This document shows positions 28,691 through 37,837 of a DNA stretch of 64,000 nt, piece after piece. A program made the translations under genes and the position numbers. Source of the stretch: an archaeon. Its GTDB lineage: Archaea; Micrarchaeota; Micrarchaeia; Anstonellales; Bilamarchaeaceae. The stretch is taken from positions 77,195 through 141,194 of the forward strand of contig JAGVNI010000008.1 of assembly GCA_020053355.1 (NCBI GenBank), given 5' to 3'. Position 1 is the stretch's first letter, and each line of letters starts with the position of its first letter. Below the pieces are notes generated by a model. The model was not told the origin of the DNA. It was given only the letters and a program-made list of their open reading frames with translations, and searched no databases.

Positions 28691-29377
28691 ATGTCTAAAT
28701 CTAAATCCATTAATTCCAAGAAGGCCAATAAGGCGGTAAAGAAGGCTAAGATAACCTCTAAGAAGGCTGCTCCTGCGGTTGCCAGGTCAAGTGCCAAATC
28801 CCTTAAAAACGCCAAATTGACGCAGAGAAAGCCTTTGTTGAAGAAGCCCGAAGAGCCCGTCCCGGACAAGCCGACGGCCCAAAACCACGAATTCATGCGC
28901 AAAGTGGGCAAAATCCTCGGCGACTCCAACGTCAGGCAGGATTTGATTGAAATCGGCGGCGAGAACGCGCTTGCTATCGTCAGGAACTTCTACGGCAACC
29001 ATAGCGACGAAGAGCTGGCAAAGAGGCTGAAAATCAAGATAAGCGACGTCCGCGCCACCCTCAACAAGCTCCATAACGAAGGACTCGTCAACTACATCCG
29101 CGAAAAGGACAGCGAGACTGGATGGTATTCATACAGCTGGTCCCTGAACCAGGTGCGGATGGAGAAATGGGCGAACATCCATACCGTAAGGACCGGTGCA
29201 ATATCCAATGAAAGCGGCGGGGATTACTATTTCTGTCCGTCCTGCGGGGCAGCAAGCATCACGAATTTCGAATCCGCGGCGGGAATCGATTTCAGGTGCG
29301 AACGCTGCAACAAGCTCCTTGAATTCATCGACGAGAAGAAAATGGCCGAATTGTTCGAGAAAAACCAGAAACACTAA
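28691..29377 (+). CDS. tfe: transcription factor E with Lys/Ala-rich N-terminal extension
   Basis: SDEELA..LKIKISDVRATLNKL..GLVNYIREKDSETGWYSYSW, zinc ribbon CPSC...FRCERC. Start uncertain (28673 or 28691). Confidence 0.93.
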   Translation: MSKSKSINSKKANKAVKKAKITSKKAAPAVARSSAKSLKNAKLTQRKPLLKKPEEPVPDKPTAQNHEFMRKVGKILGDSNVRQDLIEIGGENALAIVRNFYGNHSDEELAKRLKIKISDVRATLNKLHNEGLVNYIREKDSETGWYSYSWSLNQVRMEKWANIHTVRTGAISNESGGDYYFCPSCGAASITNFESAAGIDFRCERCNKLLEFIDEKKMAELFEKNQKH

Positions 29378-29459
29378 AGACTTGGCAGGATCCTTCCGCG
29401 GCATATCCTGGAAGAGATGCCAGGATAGCTGGATTTATACCCCCAACCCGCGGGCAGGA

Positions 29460-29681
29460 AGCCCATTATTCTAATTGAGGATGGCCTAGGGGAGTCTTGC
29501 GGCTAAAGCTGAAGGAATCCCCCCAAGGTAAAGGGGAAAATATGGGGAAAGGCCGGCAACTAGCGGGGTTGCCCTAAGGAAGTTTCGCGACCGACAGAAA
29601 ACGCCCTGCGTTTTCTGTGGTCCATGGAACGAAACGTCGTTCCATCGGAGCCTTTAACCTAAGTGAAACAAAAGGAAAGGC
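29460..29681 (+). ncRNA. candidate structured non-coding RNA (unclassified)
   Basis: About 300-nt gap between convergent genes with GATTTATA at ~29432 and hairpins at 29594-29618 and 29624-29645. Confidence 0.35.
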
Positions 29682-32243
29682 TCACATCGATTTGAACTCG
29701 ATTAGCATCTTCTCCAATTCATCCACGGTGCTAAGTAGCAGTGAAGAGCTGTCGGATTCCATCTTCACAATCAGCGGGGCTATCGATGGAGACGAGTTCA
29801 TGATTGTCTGGAACTGCTCCTTGTCGGAATTGTTCCTGAAGAGGATTATCGCTATCCCCCTGCCTATCGTCGGAATCACCTGGGCAAGCAAGGCCTTCGC
29901 GTCCATGCCCTTGCGGTAGAAATGGAGGGACATCTGCTGGCCTACGACGGTTATCTCGCTGTCGGCTTCCTTGGATTCGCCAAGGCCCGTAAACGGGATG
30001 GCGTTGTTCACGCATATGTCGCGGAGGCGGCGCATGAGCGAGAGGTAGTCCACGCTGTGCCCGCTCTTGTCCTCCCAGGTCGAGAGGCCGTAGTACCCGA
30101 GGGATTCTTTCACCGCGCCTTTTTTCTCGAGCTCATCAAGCAGGTATTCGACGTTGTAATCGGTGATGTAGACCGGTTTTCCCGAATGGAATATGTCCTT
30201 GAAGCCGTTCTTGACCTCGGCGGTCGTGAGGGGCGTGGTCTGCCAGCGGTAGTTCTCGTTGACTTTCTCGAAGATTCCAAGGACCGCATCAGGCGTGAGG
30301 GGTATCTTGGTCCTTGTCACCGGGGGGAAGTCCGGGATGTCGATTGAGAAGAACACCGACTCCTGCCTTGCGAATACGACACCCACGCCGACGATGCCGG
30401 CCGAAAGGAGCATGGTCACCCAGAAAATCGGCTCATCGAAGAGCGTCTTGGACCGCAGATGCGACACCGGCACGGAAACTTTCAGGCCGCCGGCTGTGAA
30501 TGCGAAGCTGTGCTTGCCGAGGGGAAGGAGGTCGTTTCCGGTGTACTGGCCGACATCCACCCTAAGCTTGTCCACGTTATTGAATGTGTATGTGCCATAC
30601 TGGCCGCCATCCACGTTCACTTTGACCTCGTTCAGCACCTTCGGCGTGCCGTCCATTTTGATGTCGAAGACGTATACCGACCGCTTCTGCTGGTCCGTGC
30701 CGAGGTAGCCGATGTCGATTGAGACCACTTTCATATAAGTCTGCGCGTACACGTTGCTCTCGTCGTCCATGAGCCGGACGAGGTACTCGCCCCGGTTCAG
30801 GTAGATGAGAACGTCGAAAGAGGCGTCGGCCTGCACGTTCACGTTGCCCTCCGGGAATGTCTGTATTTCCGTGCCGTTGCTATCCAGCACGGTAAGGTAC
30901 ATGTTGGGCTGCGATGCCACGGGTTCGCGGAGCTGCGCGTTCATGCGGACCGGGAGGTTGGTTATGTTGGCGGAGACCACCCGGCCGCCCTCTTCTATGA
31001 ACAGGGAATTGTTCCTCTGTTTCTCAATCCTCATGTAGAGGGTCTCCCGGATGGGGTTGTCGGAGGTTGACGAGTAGCCGAGGAAGTCCATGCGGACCGT
31101 GGTTTGTGGGGATTCGAAAGGCTCTGAGAACAGGTATTGCCTTCCGGTATAGTTCGTCTGGTTCAGGAACGCGTATGTCTTGTTCTCCGAGCTCGTCTCG
31201 GCCCAGGGTATCTCGAAAACGATGCGCGCGACATCATCGGCTGCCGCGGTGAAGTTGCCCCTCCAGCCGCCATCGAGGGTCTGGGGGATGAACATGAAGG
31301 CCCCGTCGCCGCGCTTTATTATGCTGAGCACCCCGTACTTCAGGTCGCCGGTCCATCCTGAGCTGGGATTGGCCTGGTATAGCGGCTGGAACAGGTGGAA
31401 GCCGCTGCTTGATGAAAGTGTGCTCCTTTCGTCGAATTTCACCGGAAGGGCCGAGAGGGTTTCCTTCGGGGTGAATGCTACGAGCGTGCCGTTTAGCATC
31501 TTCGTGAAAGGCTGGCCGATATACAGGATGACAATCCCGCGGTCGGCCAGTTTGTTCATAGACAGCTGGCTGTCGACGCCCAGTATTTCCTTTGGGATGG
31601 CGCCTGAAGGGACAACCACCAGCGCCCCGTCGGGAACGGTCTCGAGCTGCTTCAGAGTTATCTCATTCAGTATAATCTTCCGTTTCGCGAGGTTCACGCG
31701 GAGCGTGGATATGAAATCCGCATAGGTTGTCGCCTCGAACCTTTCGCTGTTTAGGATGAACACCTCGGACGGGATTTTCGAGTCGTAAGTGGTCATGTTG
31801 ATGGTATAGTTCTTCAGGTTCCCGGTCTCGTAATCGACGACCACCGCCGCGGTGTATGTGGGTTTGCCGCGTGCGCCGGTGCTGAGCAGTTCCCCTTCCA
31901 TCAGGGTATTCTGGATGAACGCTTTTTCGACCTGGGGCGCGAATGCGCCGGCAGCAGGCTGAAGGAGGGATGTCAGATACAGCCAGGCCATCCCGAAAAT
32001 GATGAGCGCAATCAGTATGAATGCGCCGAAGACCATGAAGTTGAATCCGCCCCGGGGCGGCTCCCGGACAACCGCGGCCGCCTTCTTCTCCGGTTTCTTC
32101 GGGGCCATCAGCGATTTTATCCGGTCCTTGAAAATCTCGATTGGGGGCCGCGCCTTCGCCCGGTAATGGCCGATGTACTGGTACTTCTTCTTGAGCTCGA
32201 AGTTGTATACCTTTTTCTTGATTTTCACGCTTGATTCGGCCAT
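29682..32243 (-). CDS. large two-TM membrane protein (extracellular beta-rich region, cytoplasmic C-terminal domain)
   Basis: TM near residues 67-92 and ~607-625, NxS/T sequons between them; last gene of the VirB4-like operon. Confidence 0.85.
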   Translation of the reverse strand: MAESSVKIKKKVYNFELKKKYQYIGHYRAKARPPIEIFKDRIKSLMAPKKPEKKAAAVVREPPRGGFNFMVFGAFILIALIIFGMAWLYLTSLLQPAAGAFAPQVEKAFIQNTLMEGELLSTGARGKPTYTAAVVVDYETGNLKNYTINMTTYDSKIPSEVFILNSERFEATTYADFISTLRVNLAKRKIILNEITLKQLETVPDGALVVVPSGAIPKEILGVDSQLSMNKLADRGIVILYIGQPFTKMLNGTLVAFTPKETLSALPVKFDERSTLSSSSGFHLFQPLYQANPSSGWTGDLKYGVLSIIKRGDGAFMFIPQTLDGGWRGNFTAAADDVARIVFEIPWAETSSENKTYAFLNQTNYTGRQYLFSEPFESPQTTVRMDFLGYSSTSDNPIRETLYMRIEKQRNNSLFIEEGGRVVSANITNLPVRMNAQLREPVASQPNMYLTVLDSNGTEIQTFPEGNVNVQADASFDVLIYLNRGEYLVRLMDDESNVYAQTYMKVVSIDIGYLGTDQQKRSVYVFDIKMDGTPKVLNEVKVNVDGGQYGTYTFNNVDKLRVDVGQYTGNDLLPLGKHSFAFTAGGLKVSVPVSHLRSKTLFDEPIFWVTMLLSAGIVGVGVVFARQESVFFSIDIPDFPPVTRTKIPLTPDAVLGIFEKVNENYRWQTTPLTTAEVKNGFKDIFHSGKPVYITDYNVEYLLDELEKKGAVKESLGYYGLSTWEDKSGHSVDYLSLMRRLRDICVNNAIPFTGLGESKEADSEITVVGQQMSLHFYRKGMDAKALLAQVIPTIGRGIAIILFRNNSDKEQFQTIMNSSPSIAPLIVKMESDSSSLLLSTVDELEKMLIEFKSM

Positions 32244-32252
32244 GTGGAAACC

Positions 32253-33068
32253 CTACTGCACAACTTCCAGATATCCTTCGCTGACCAGCTTGTTCAGCAG
32301 TTCTTCGACGCGGGCATCCGAGACCTTGTAGACTTTCGTGAACTCCGTGATATTCATGGTCCCGCTGTGCTCGGCCACCCACTCCTGGAGCTTGGCTTTG
32401 AGGGCATCATCGGAGAGCCCTTCCAGGTTCTGCACGCGGAGCTTGTAATCGTCGTTCTGCGTCTTCAGTTCATAATTCTGCGATGTCAGCGCCTGGTTCT
32501 GCTCGGAAAGCCGGTCGACTTTCTTCTTCAGGTCGTCGACCTCCTTCTTGAGCGAGTCATAGGAGGTGTAAAGCTTATTGTAGTCCATGGTGACCGAGCC
32601 TGCAAGCTCCTTTATCGCGTTCTCAATCAGCTGGTAGACCGTCTTGTTGTCGACAGAGTAGGACGATTCCATGAGGGAGAGGATGTTGAGGAGGTAGCGG
32701 ATGACGTCCACCCTCCTCTTCTTCGGGCTGATTTCGGACGGTATCGTGTACAGAATCTCCAGCTCGTCCTCCTTGACCTTGATGATGGAGAAGAGGTACG
32801 GGTTCTTGTCGATGTCGCGGCTTTCCACGTAAATGACGTTCAGGACGTCCTTTTCCGGAGCGAGCTCCAGGAAGGAAATCGAGCGCAGGATGGTGGCCAG
32901 GTCTTTCAATTTGCCTTGGGTCAGCCGCCCCTTTATCTTGAAGCCGTCGACTTGGGGCGGGTGGATTTCCTCCTTCGCGGAGGGGCCCCCCGAACCTTTC
33001 TGGGCTGGGGGCGCTGGCGCGCCCGGGGCGCCGGTGCTTTTCTTGGCTTGTGGCAATGGAAGCGGCAT
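32253..33068 (-). CDS. coiled-coil protein with C-terminal winged-helix domain
   Basis: Pro-rich N-terminus, heptad run YNKL...VQNLE, then LQEWVAEHSGTMNITEFTKVYKVSDARVEELLNKLVSEGYL. Confidence 0.85.
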   Translation of the reverse strand: MPLPLPQAKKSTGAPGAPAPPAQKGSGGPSAKEEIHPPQVDGFKIKGRLTQGKLKDLATILRSISFLELAPEKDVLNVIYVESRDIDKNPYLFSIIKVKEDELEILYTIPSEISPKKRRVDVIRYLLNILSLMESSYSVDNKTVYQLIENAIKELAGSVTMDYNKLYTSYDSLKKEVDDLKKKVDRLSEQNQALTSQNYELKTQNDDYKLRVQNLEGLSDDALKAKLQEWVAEHSGTMNITEFTKVYKVSDARVEELLNKLVSEGYLEVVQ

Positions 33069-33077
33069 TTCAACACC

Positions 33078-33710
33078 TCATTTTTTCCTGGATTTCTTTG
33101 TGCTCCTGCTTTCTTTTTTCTCCTCTTTCTTCTGGACCGGCCGGGTTTCCGGTTGCGCGGCTTTCGGCTTCTCGGCTGCGGCCTGGGCAGGCTGGGCCGG
33201 CGGATAATAGGGCTGCTGCCTGGCTGCAGGGGCCGGGGGCGAATATGGCTCGCGAGGATATGCGGGGATTGGCGGTGATGAGCGGGCCTGCACGGTGGAT
33301 TGCGCATAGGATGCGCTCACGCCGACGACGGCAGGCACGTATTTGAACATTATCGGGATGAAAACCACGATGCCGGCGACGATTATCCCGGAGAGTATCG
33401 CCCAGGGCTCGAAGCGGCCATAGAGCATGGGCACCAGGATGAGGAGTATGAGCAGGATGCCCGCAAGCACGCTGGCAAAAAGCAGGGTCTTCTCGAATGA
33501 GCGCCTCCGTTCGTTGTGCTTCGACATGCAGCCTTCGCAGACGAAAAGCTGGTTCATCTGCGCTATTCCCAGGGCTTTCTTGATGGCCCGGATTGTCTTG
33601 ATTATGCGGTCTTCCTTGACCGGCAAGGCCCGCCTTCCGGCTATGTCGGTCTGGCAGGAAATGCACATCTTCTTTCCGGATGAGGAACCAGGATTGACAT
33701 TCTCAGACAT
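33078..33710 (-). CDS. zinc-finger, two-TM membrane protein with Pro-rich tail
   Basis: CISC...CEGC, two hydrophobic helices, Pro/Ala/Lys tail. Confidence 0.82.
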   Translation of the reverse strand: MSENVNPGSSSGKKMCISCQTDIAGRRALPVKEDRIIKTIRAIKKALGIAQMNQLFVCEGCMSKHNERRRSFEKTLLFASVLAGILLILLILVPMLYGRFEPWAILSGIIVAGIVVFIPIMFKYVPAVVGVSASYAQSTVQARSSPPIPAYPREPYSPPAPAARQQPYYPPAQPAQAAAEKPKAAQPETRPVQKKEEKKESRSTKKSRKK

Positions 33711-33723
33711 ACCATCCACCCCT

Positions 33724-35307
33724 TCATTCCTCCAGGACAACCTGGCTGATTTCGCGGCCCACGCCGCCGCTCTTCTTCAGGTCCACTTTGCCGAATATGT
33801 TGATGATTGTGACATCGTCGATGCCGGAGTCTTTCAGGAAATCGCCGATGTTCCTCCTGGCGATGCCGTCGCGCTCGAGGGTCAGGACGAAAGAGACGAC
33901 GTCCATGCGCCTATTCGACTTCTCGAAGTTCTTTGTGAGGTCCTCGATTTTCTCGTCGGTCATGCCGAACTGCCGTAGCTTCCGCCTGAAATCTTCCTTA
34001 AGGAACGAAACGCTTCTTGACACTGCAACATCCCTCCTCTGCTTGTCTGTGAGCACACCGGATAGGTCGAGGAAATATTCCTTGCTCGGCTCCTCGCCCT
34101 CTATCTTGTCGATCAGGAACGTGGACGGGTACGGCGTCGGCAGGGTGAGCGACAGGTTGACCGCGCACTGGCCCACGCCGAGCCGGGCTATTTCATCGCG
34201 CATATAGTTGCTGAAATTCAGCGAACCCTGCAGATAATCGAGGAACTTCTCGAACTTCACCTTCAGGATGAAAGTCGTGCCGACGTTGGAGAAGATGGCC
34301 TCGCTGATGTCCGTCGGGTTCTGCGACGCGATAATCATCGCGAAGTTGTACTTGCGGCCTTCGCGGACTATCATGACCGCGTCCGAGTTCTCGTCTTTCC
34401 CTATCTTCCATGCTTCGTCCAGCACGATTAGGAGGCGCAGCCCCTTCTGGTAGGACCAGCCCTCCAGCCTCATCTTCTCCTTGATGAACTGCAATAGCGT
34501 AAGCGCGGCAAGGGCGCGCGAGGTCTCGTCCGGAAGCCCGGAAAGGTCCATGTCGACCAGGCCTGATGAAATCAAATCATCCAGGCTCACCGTGCTCTGC
34601 TGGGCGAAGAAATCCTCGCCGGGTTTGGTGAACTGCTTGAGCCTATAAATCGCGTTCTCCAGTTCTGCCGGGAATTCGTAGGTTCCGACCTGCGACTGCT
34701 CGGTGAGCACGCGGACGACGTCTTTGAGGGTCGGGGGCGAAAGCGGCTTGCCGAGCTCGTCCTTCTGCTCCCGGGCATCCATCCTGAACTTGTTTTCAAG
34801 ATAGACCTTCTCGATAGCCTGCTCGGTGAGGCGCCTCTGTTCGGGGTAGTTGGTGATGTCGGTAAGGAGCTCCATCGTCCGCATGACCTGCTTGATGCGG
34901 TCGTACGGCTTCATGCCCCCCAAATCCAGGAGGTTCAGGTATGAGCCCTTGCCGAGCGAGACGATTTTGCCGCCGCTCTGCTTCACCCAGTCCTTGTATT
35001 CCCCGGCCCAGTCGATGATGAGCGCGTTGCTGTTCCAGACGAATGCCGAGCGGAGGAGGAAGGTCTTGATGAAGTAGGACTTGCCCGAACCGGATATGCC
35101 GACTATGGCCACGTGGGGGTTGGCCACGTTCTGGTAGCTCCAGTAGAAAGGCATGTTGAATATCTTGGTCCGGCCAATGTAGACCGAGTCCGTGGGGTCG
35201 GCGAAGAGGACTTCCATCGGGGGCTCCGGCGGGTGCACTAGAAGGTTGCGCCTGGATATGGCTGAATTTGACAGCTTGACGAGCCTCAGCTTTCCCCCGA
35301 CTGCCAT
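33724..35307 (-). CDS. VirB4/TraC/CedB-like HerA-FtsK superfamily ATPase
   Basis: NPHVAIVGISGSGKS, LIIDWAGEY, LNLLD, LLIVLDEAW, REGRKY, ASQNPTDI. TAATG overlap with the upstream gene. Confidence 0.9.
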   Translation of the reverse strand: MAVGGKLRLVKLSNSAISRRNLLVHPPEPPMEVLFADPTDSVYIGRTKIFNMPFYWSYQNVANPHVAIVGISGSGKSYFIKTFLLRSAFVWNSNALIIDWAGEYKDWVKQSGGKIVSLGKGSYLNLLDLGGMKPYDRIKQVMRTMELLTDITNYPEQRRLTEQAIEKVYLENKFRMDAREQKDELGKPLSPPTLKDVVRVLTEQSQVGTYEFPAELENAIYRLKQFTKPGEDFFAQQSTVSLDDLISSGLVDMDLSGLPDETSRALAALTLLQFIKEKMRLEGWSYQKGLRLLIVLDEAWKIGKDENSDAVMIVREGRKYNFAMIIASQNPTDISEAIFSNVGTTFILKVKFEKFLDYLQGSLNFSNYMRDEIARLGVGQCAVNLSLTLPTPYPSTFLIDKIEGEEPSKEYFLDLSGVLTDKQRRDVAVSRSVSFLKEDFRRKLRQFGMTDEKIEDLTKNFEKSNRRMDVVSFVLTLERDGIARRNIGDFLKDSGIDDVTIINIFGKVDLKKSGGVGREISQVVLEE

Positions 35308-36116
35308 TAAATCACGCTCTCCTCCATCTCCTGCACCGTGGTCGGGAAGAACTTGTCCCACTCAAAGCATTTGAGCATCTCATCCCCTGAGAGGCTGACA
35401 ACCTCGACGTTGAGGGCGTTCGCGATGACTGTCTTCAGCTCGTTCGCCTGGGACCGGGCGCTTGCCATGGCCGCGTCCTTGCTGAGGCCGACCGCAGTCG
35501 TCTGCGCGAAGGCTATCACGCCCATGGGCTTCACGCCCTTGATCAGCTTGGTCAGCTGGTTGTCCCAGATGGCCACTTCGCGCTCTAATTTGTCCATCCT
35601 AAGGACATCGGGCTGGCCCTTGTCGCGCTCGCGGGCAAGGCGCAGCTGCGCCTCGGCGCGCTTGGTCTCGATAAGCTTCCGCTTCTCGCCCACGTCCTCG
35701 ACGTAAAGCAGGTATGCTATCTTCGTGACGTACTTGATGTTCGAGATGGCGCGCTCGAAGAACTGGTTGTAGGACATCGTCTCCTCGTTGGACTTTTCGG
35801 TCGCCGATTCGAATATCTTGAGGCCCAGGAAAGCCGATGCGTAGAATATGCCGTTGGAGTTCTTTATGATGACATCCTGCGTCGGGGGGACCTCGTAGCC
35901 GAGGTCGGACATCATCACGATTTTCGTCCTCTCTGTGATGAGGGGTATCATGATGTAGCCGTATCTCCAGAAAAGCACGCCGAGCAGGGAACCCGAAAAA
36001 CAGAGCAGCGCCCCGACCAGCGAAAGCAGGCCCCCGCCGCCGATGAGGGAAAACAGCGCTCCGAGAAATCCGACCGCGATAGCGGCATAAGTGTAGGTCT
36101 TCGACGGTGTAGGCAT
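35307..36116 (-). CDS. two-TM protein with cytoplasmic coiled-coil domain (possible VirB4 N-terminal or accessory module)
   Basis: Two N-terminal TM helices, alpha/beta region with a coiled-coil insert; translationally coupled to the ATPase. Confidence 0.82.
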   Translation of the reverse strand: MPTPSKTYTYAAIAVGFLGALFSLIGGGGLLSLVGALLCFSGSLLGVLFWRYGYIMIPLITERTKIVMMSDLGYEVPPTQDVIIKNSNGIFYASAFLGLKIFESATEKSNEETMSYNQFFERAISNIKYVTKIAYLLYVEDVGEKRKLIETKRAEAQLRLARERDKGQPDVLRMDKLEREVAIWDNQLTKLIKGVKPMGVIAFAQTTAVGLSKDAAMASARSQANELKTVIANALNVEVVSLSGDEMLKCFEWDKFFPTTVQEMEESVI

Positions 36117-36283
36117 ACCATATACCTCTGGTTTGATAGATTAATTAAGAAAGGATATAAAAACCACGCGATTGCGTTCATGACGTAATTTTAAGCGCCC
36201 GCCCAGTTCAACAGCCTAAAAAGCCGGCTTGAAAGGGCCGGCCATTCCCGGCACCCATCCTCCGGGTTGCGCCATAAGGACAC

Positions 36284-37594
36284 CTAGCCCTTGACCGCAT
36301 CCTCGACAATCTTCTTCGCCTGGCCGGTGTATGTGGAGTAGTCGAACAGTTCGTCCGCCTCCTTCTTGGTGAGAAGCTTGCGCTCCAGGACGAGGTCCTT
36401 CATGTGCCTTTTCTTTGCGAATGCCTCCTGCGCAAGCAAACGGACCGCCTCATGCGCTTCCTGCCTCCCGAGCCTGCCGCTTTCAACTAAAAAAATCATT
36501 ATGCGCTCGGACATGACAAGGCCGTTGGTCAATTCAAGGTCGCGCTTGATGTTCTCCGGATAGAACACGAGCCCGTCGAGGATTTTGGTTATCTCGATGG
36601 TCATGTAATCGAGGCAAATGAAGCTCTCTCCGAAAATCGCCCGCTCGTTCGCGCTGTTCGTGAGGTCGCGCTCATGCTCGAGTGCTATGTTCTCAAGCGC
36701 CGTAAGGACGTTCCCCCGGAGCAGGCGCGCAAGGGAGCAGACGCGCTCGCTCTTGTGCGGGTTTCTCTTCTGCGGCATGGTGGAGGAGCCCACCTGCTTT
36801 GCCGAGAACGGCTCGGAAATCTCGCACATCTCGCTGCGCTGCAGGTTCCGGATTTCCTTCGCGATTTTCTCGAGGAGCGCGCCCGTGATGGCGATGGCGC
36901 AGATGACTTCGGCATGGCGGTCGCGCTGGACGACCTGGTTGGTCACGGGGTCCTCCCCAAGGCCAAGCTCCTTCATGACCAGATTCTGCATCGCGGGGCC
37001 GTCTTTGCCGAATGTGGCCATGGTGCCGACCGCACCGGACATCTTGCCGACCGAAATGCGGGATTTGGCCCCCGCCAGGCGGTCAAGGTTTCGCTTGAGT
37101 TCCTGGTAATAGAGGGCGAATTTCATCCCGTAGGTGGTCGGGACCGCATGCTGGCCATGTGTGCGACCTATGCAGACCGTCCCCTTGTGCGCAAGGGCAA
37201 GCCGCTTGAGGGCGGATGCAAGGGTTCCGAGGCGCTTTTCCAGCAATTCGATGCCTTCGATGAATATGAGCGCGGTCGCGGTGTCCTCGATGTCATAGCT
37301 GGTGGCTCCCAGGTGGACGTACTTCCCGGCGTCCCCGGCCTGCTCTGTCAGCGCCTTCACCATCGCCATCAGGTCGTGGTGGATTTGCGACTCTATCTCG
37401 ATTACGCGCCCGTGCTTCACGTTCTTGGCAGCAGATTCTATTGCGGCCGGAGCGCCCTTGGGTATATGATTCAGGGCGGCATGGGCTTTTGCGAGCGCGA
37501 CTTCGACCACCATCCATTTGCGGAGCTTGGTTTCATCATCGAAAACCGAGTTCATCTCTGTCCGATACCTTTCTTCGAATGGAGAAATCGCCAT
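36284..37594 (-). CDS. purB: adenylosuccinate lyase
   Basis: VHLGATSYDI, GRTHGQHAVPTT, GSSTMPQKRNP, HERDLTNS. Confidence 0.96.
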   Translation of the reverse strand: MAISPFEERYRTEMNSVFDDETKLRKWMVVEVALAKAHAALNHIPKGAPAAIESAAKNVKHGRVIEIESQIHHDLMAMVKALTEQAGDAGKYVHLGATSYDIEDTATALIFIEGIELLEKRLGTLASALKRLALAHKGTVCIGRTHGQHAVPTTYGMKFALYYQELKRNLDRLAGAKSRISVGKMSGAVGTMATFGKDGPAMQNLVMKELGLGEDPVTNQVVQRDRHAEVICAIAITGALLEKIAKEIRNLQRSEMCEISEPFSAKQVGSSTMPQKRNPHKSERVCSLARLLRGNVLTALENIALEHERDLTNSANERAIFGESFICLDYMTIEITKILDGLVFYPENIKRDLELTNGLVMSERIMIFLVESGRLGRQEAHEAVRLLAQEAFAKKRHMKDLVLERKLLTKKEADELFDYSTYTGQAKKIVEDAVKG

Positions 37595-37837
37595 GCATTG
37601 GCTATCGGCGTCAAGGATTAAAAAATCACCCGCACCGGCCCGGCCCCGGCCTGGCCAGGTGCCGCCCAATGTGGCAGGCGGGCAAACAAATAAATACCTG
37701 AAAATGCAAGAATAATAACACAGAATCCCAGACCCCAGAATGAGTCATAAACCGCTCAGGCGGGGAAAGAGATAGCTTTATATATACGAAAAGCCATATA
37801 TTATCACACAAAAACCGATACCCTGAGGTGAAACCAG

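Noticed and set aside
29480-29681. RNase P RNA, SRP RNA or glycine/TPP riboswitch
   Set aside because: Only loose word matches (GCTGAAGG, GGAAG, AACAAAAGG). I could not build the P4 pseudoknot or SRP helix 8, and no same-strand gene follows.
32244-33278. 344-aa plus-strand ORF (likewise 36674-37621 and 42062-43045)
   Set aside because: Antisense shadows of well-supported genes, expected from codon bias.
33724-35307. DNA-repair HerA or archaellum/pilus ATPase
   Set aside because: There are no nurA/mre11/rad50 neighbours, and the motifs are VirB4-like rather than ArlI/PilB-like.
37620-37770. ZTP or purine riboswitch upstream of purB
   Set aside because: GC-rich stems and a GCCCGCCTG word are present, but the rest of the aptamer consensus is missing.
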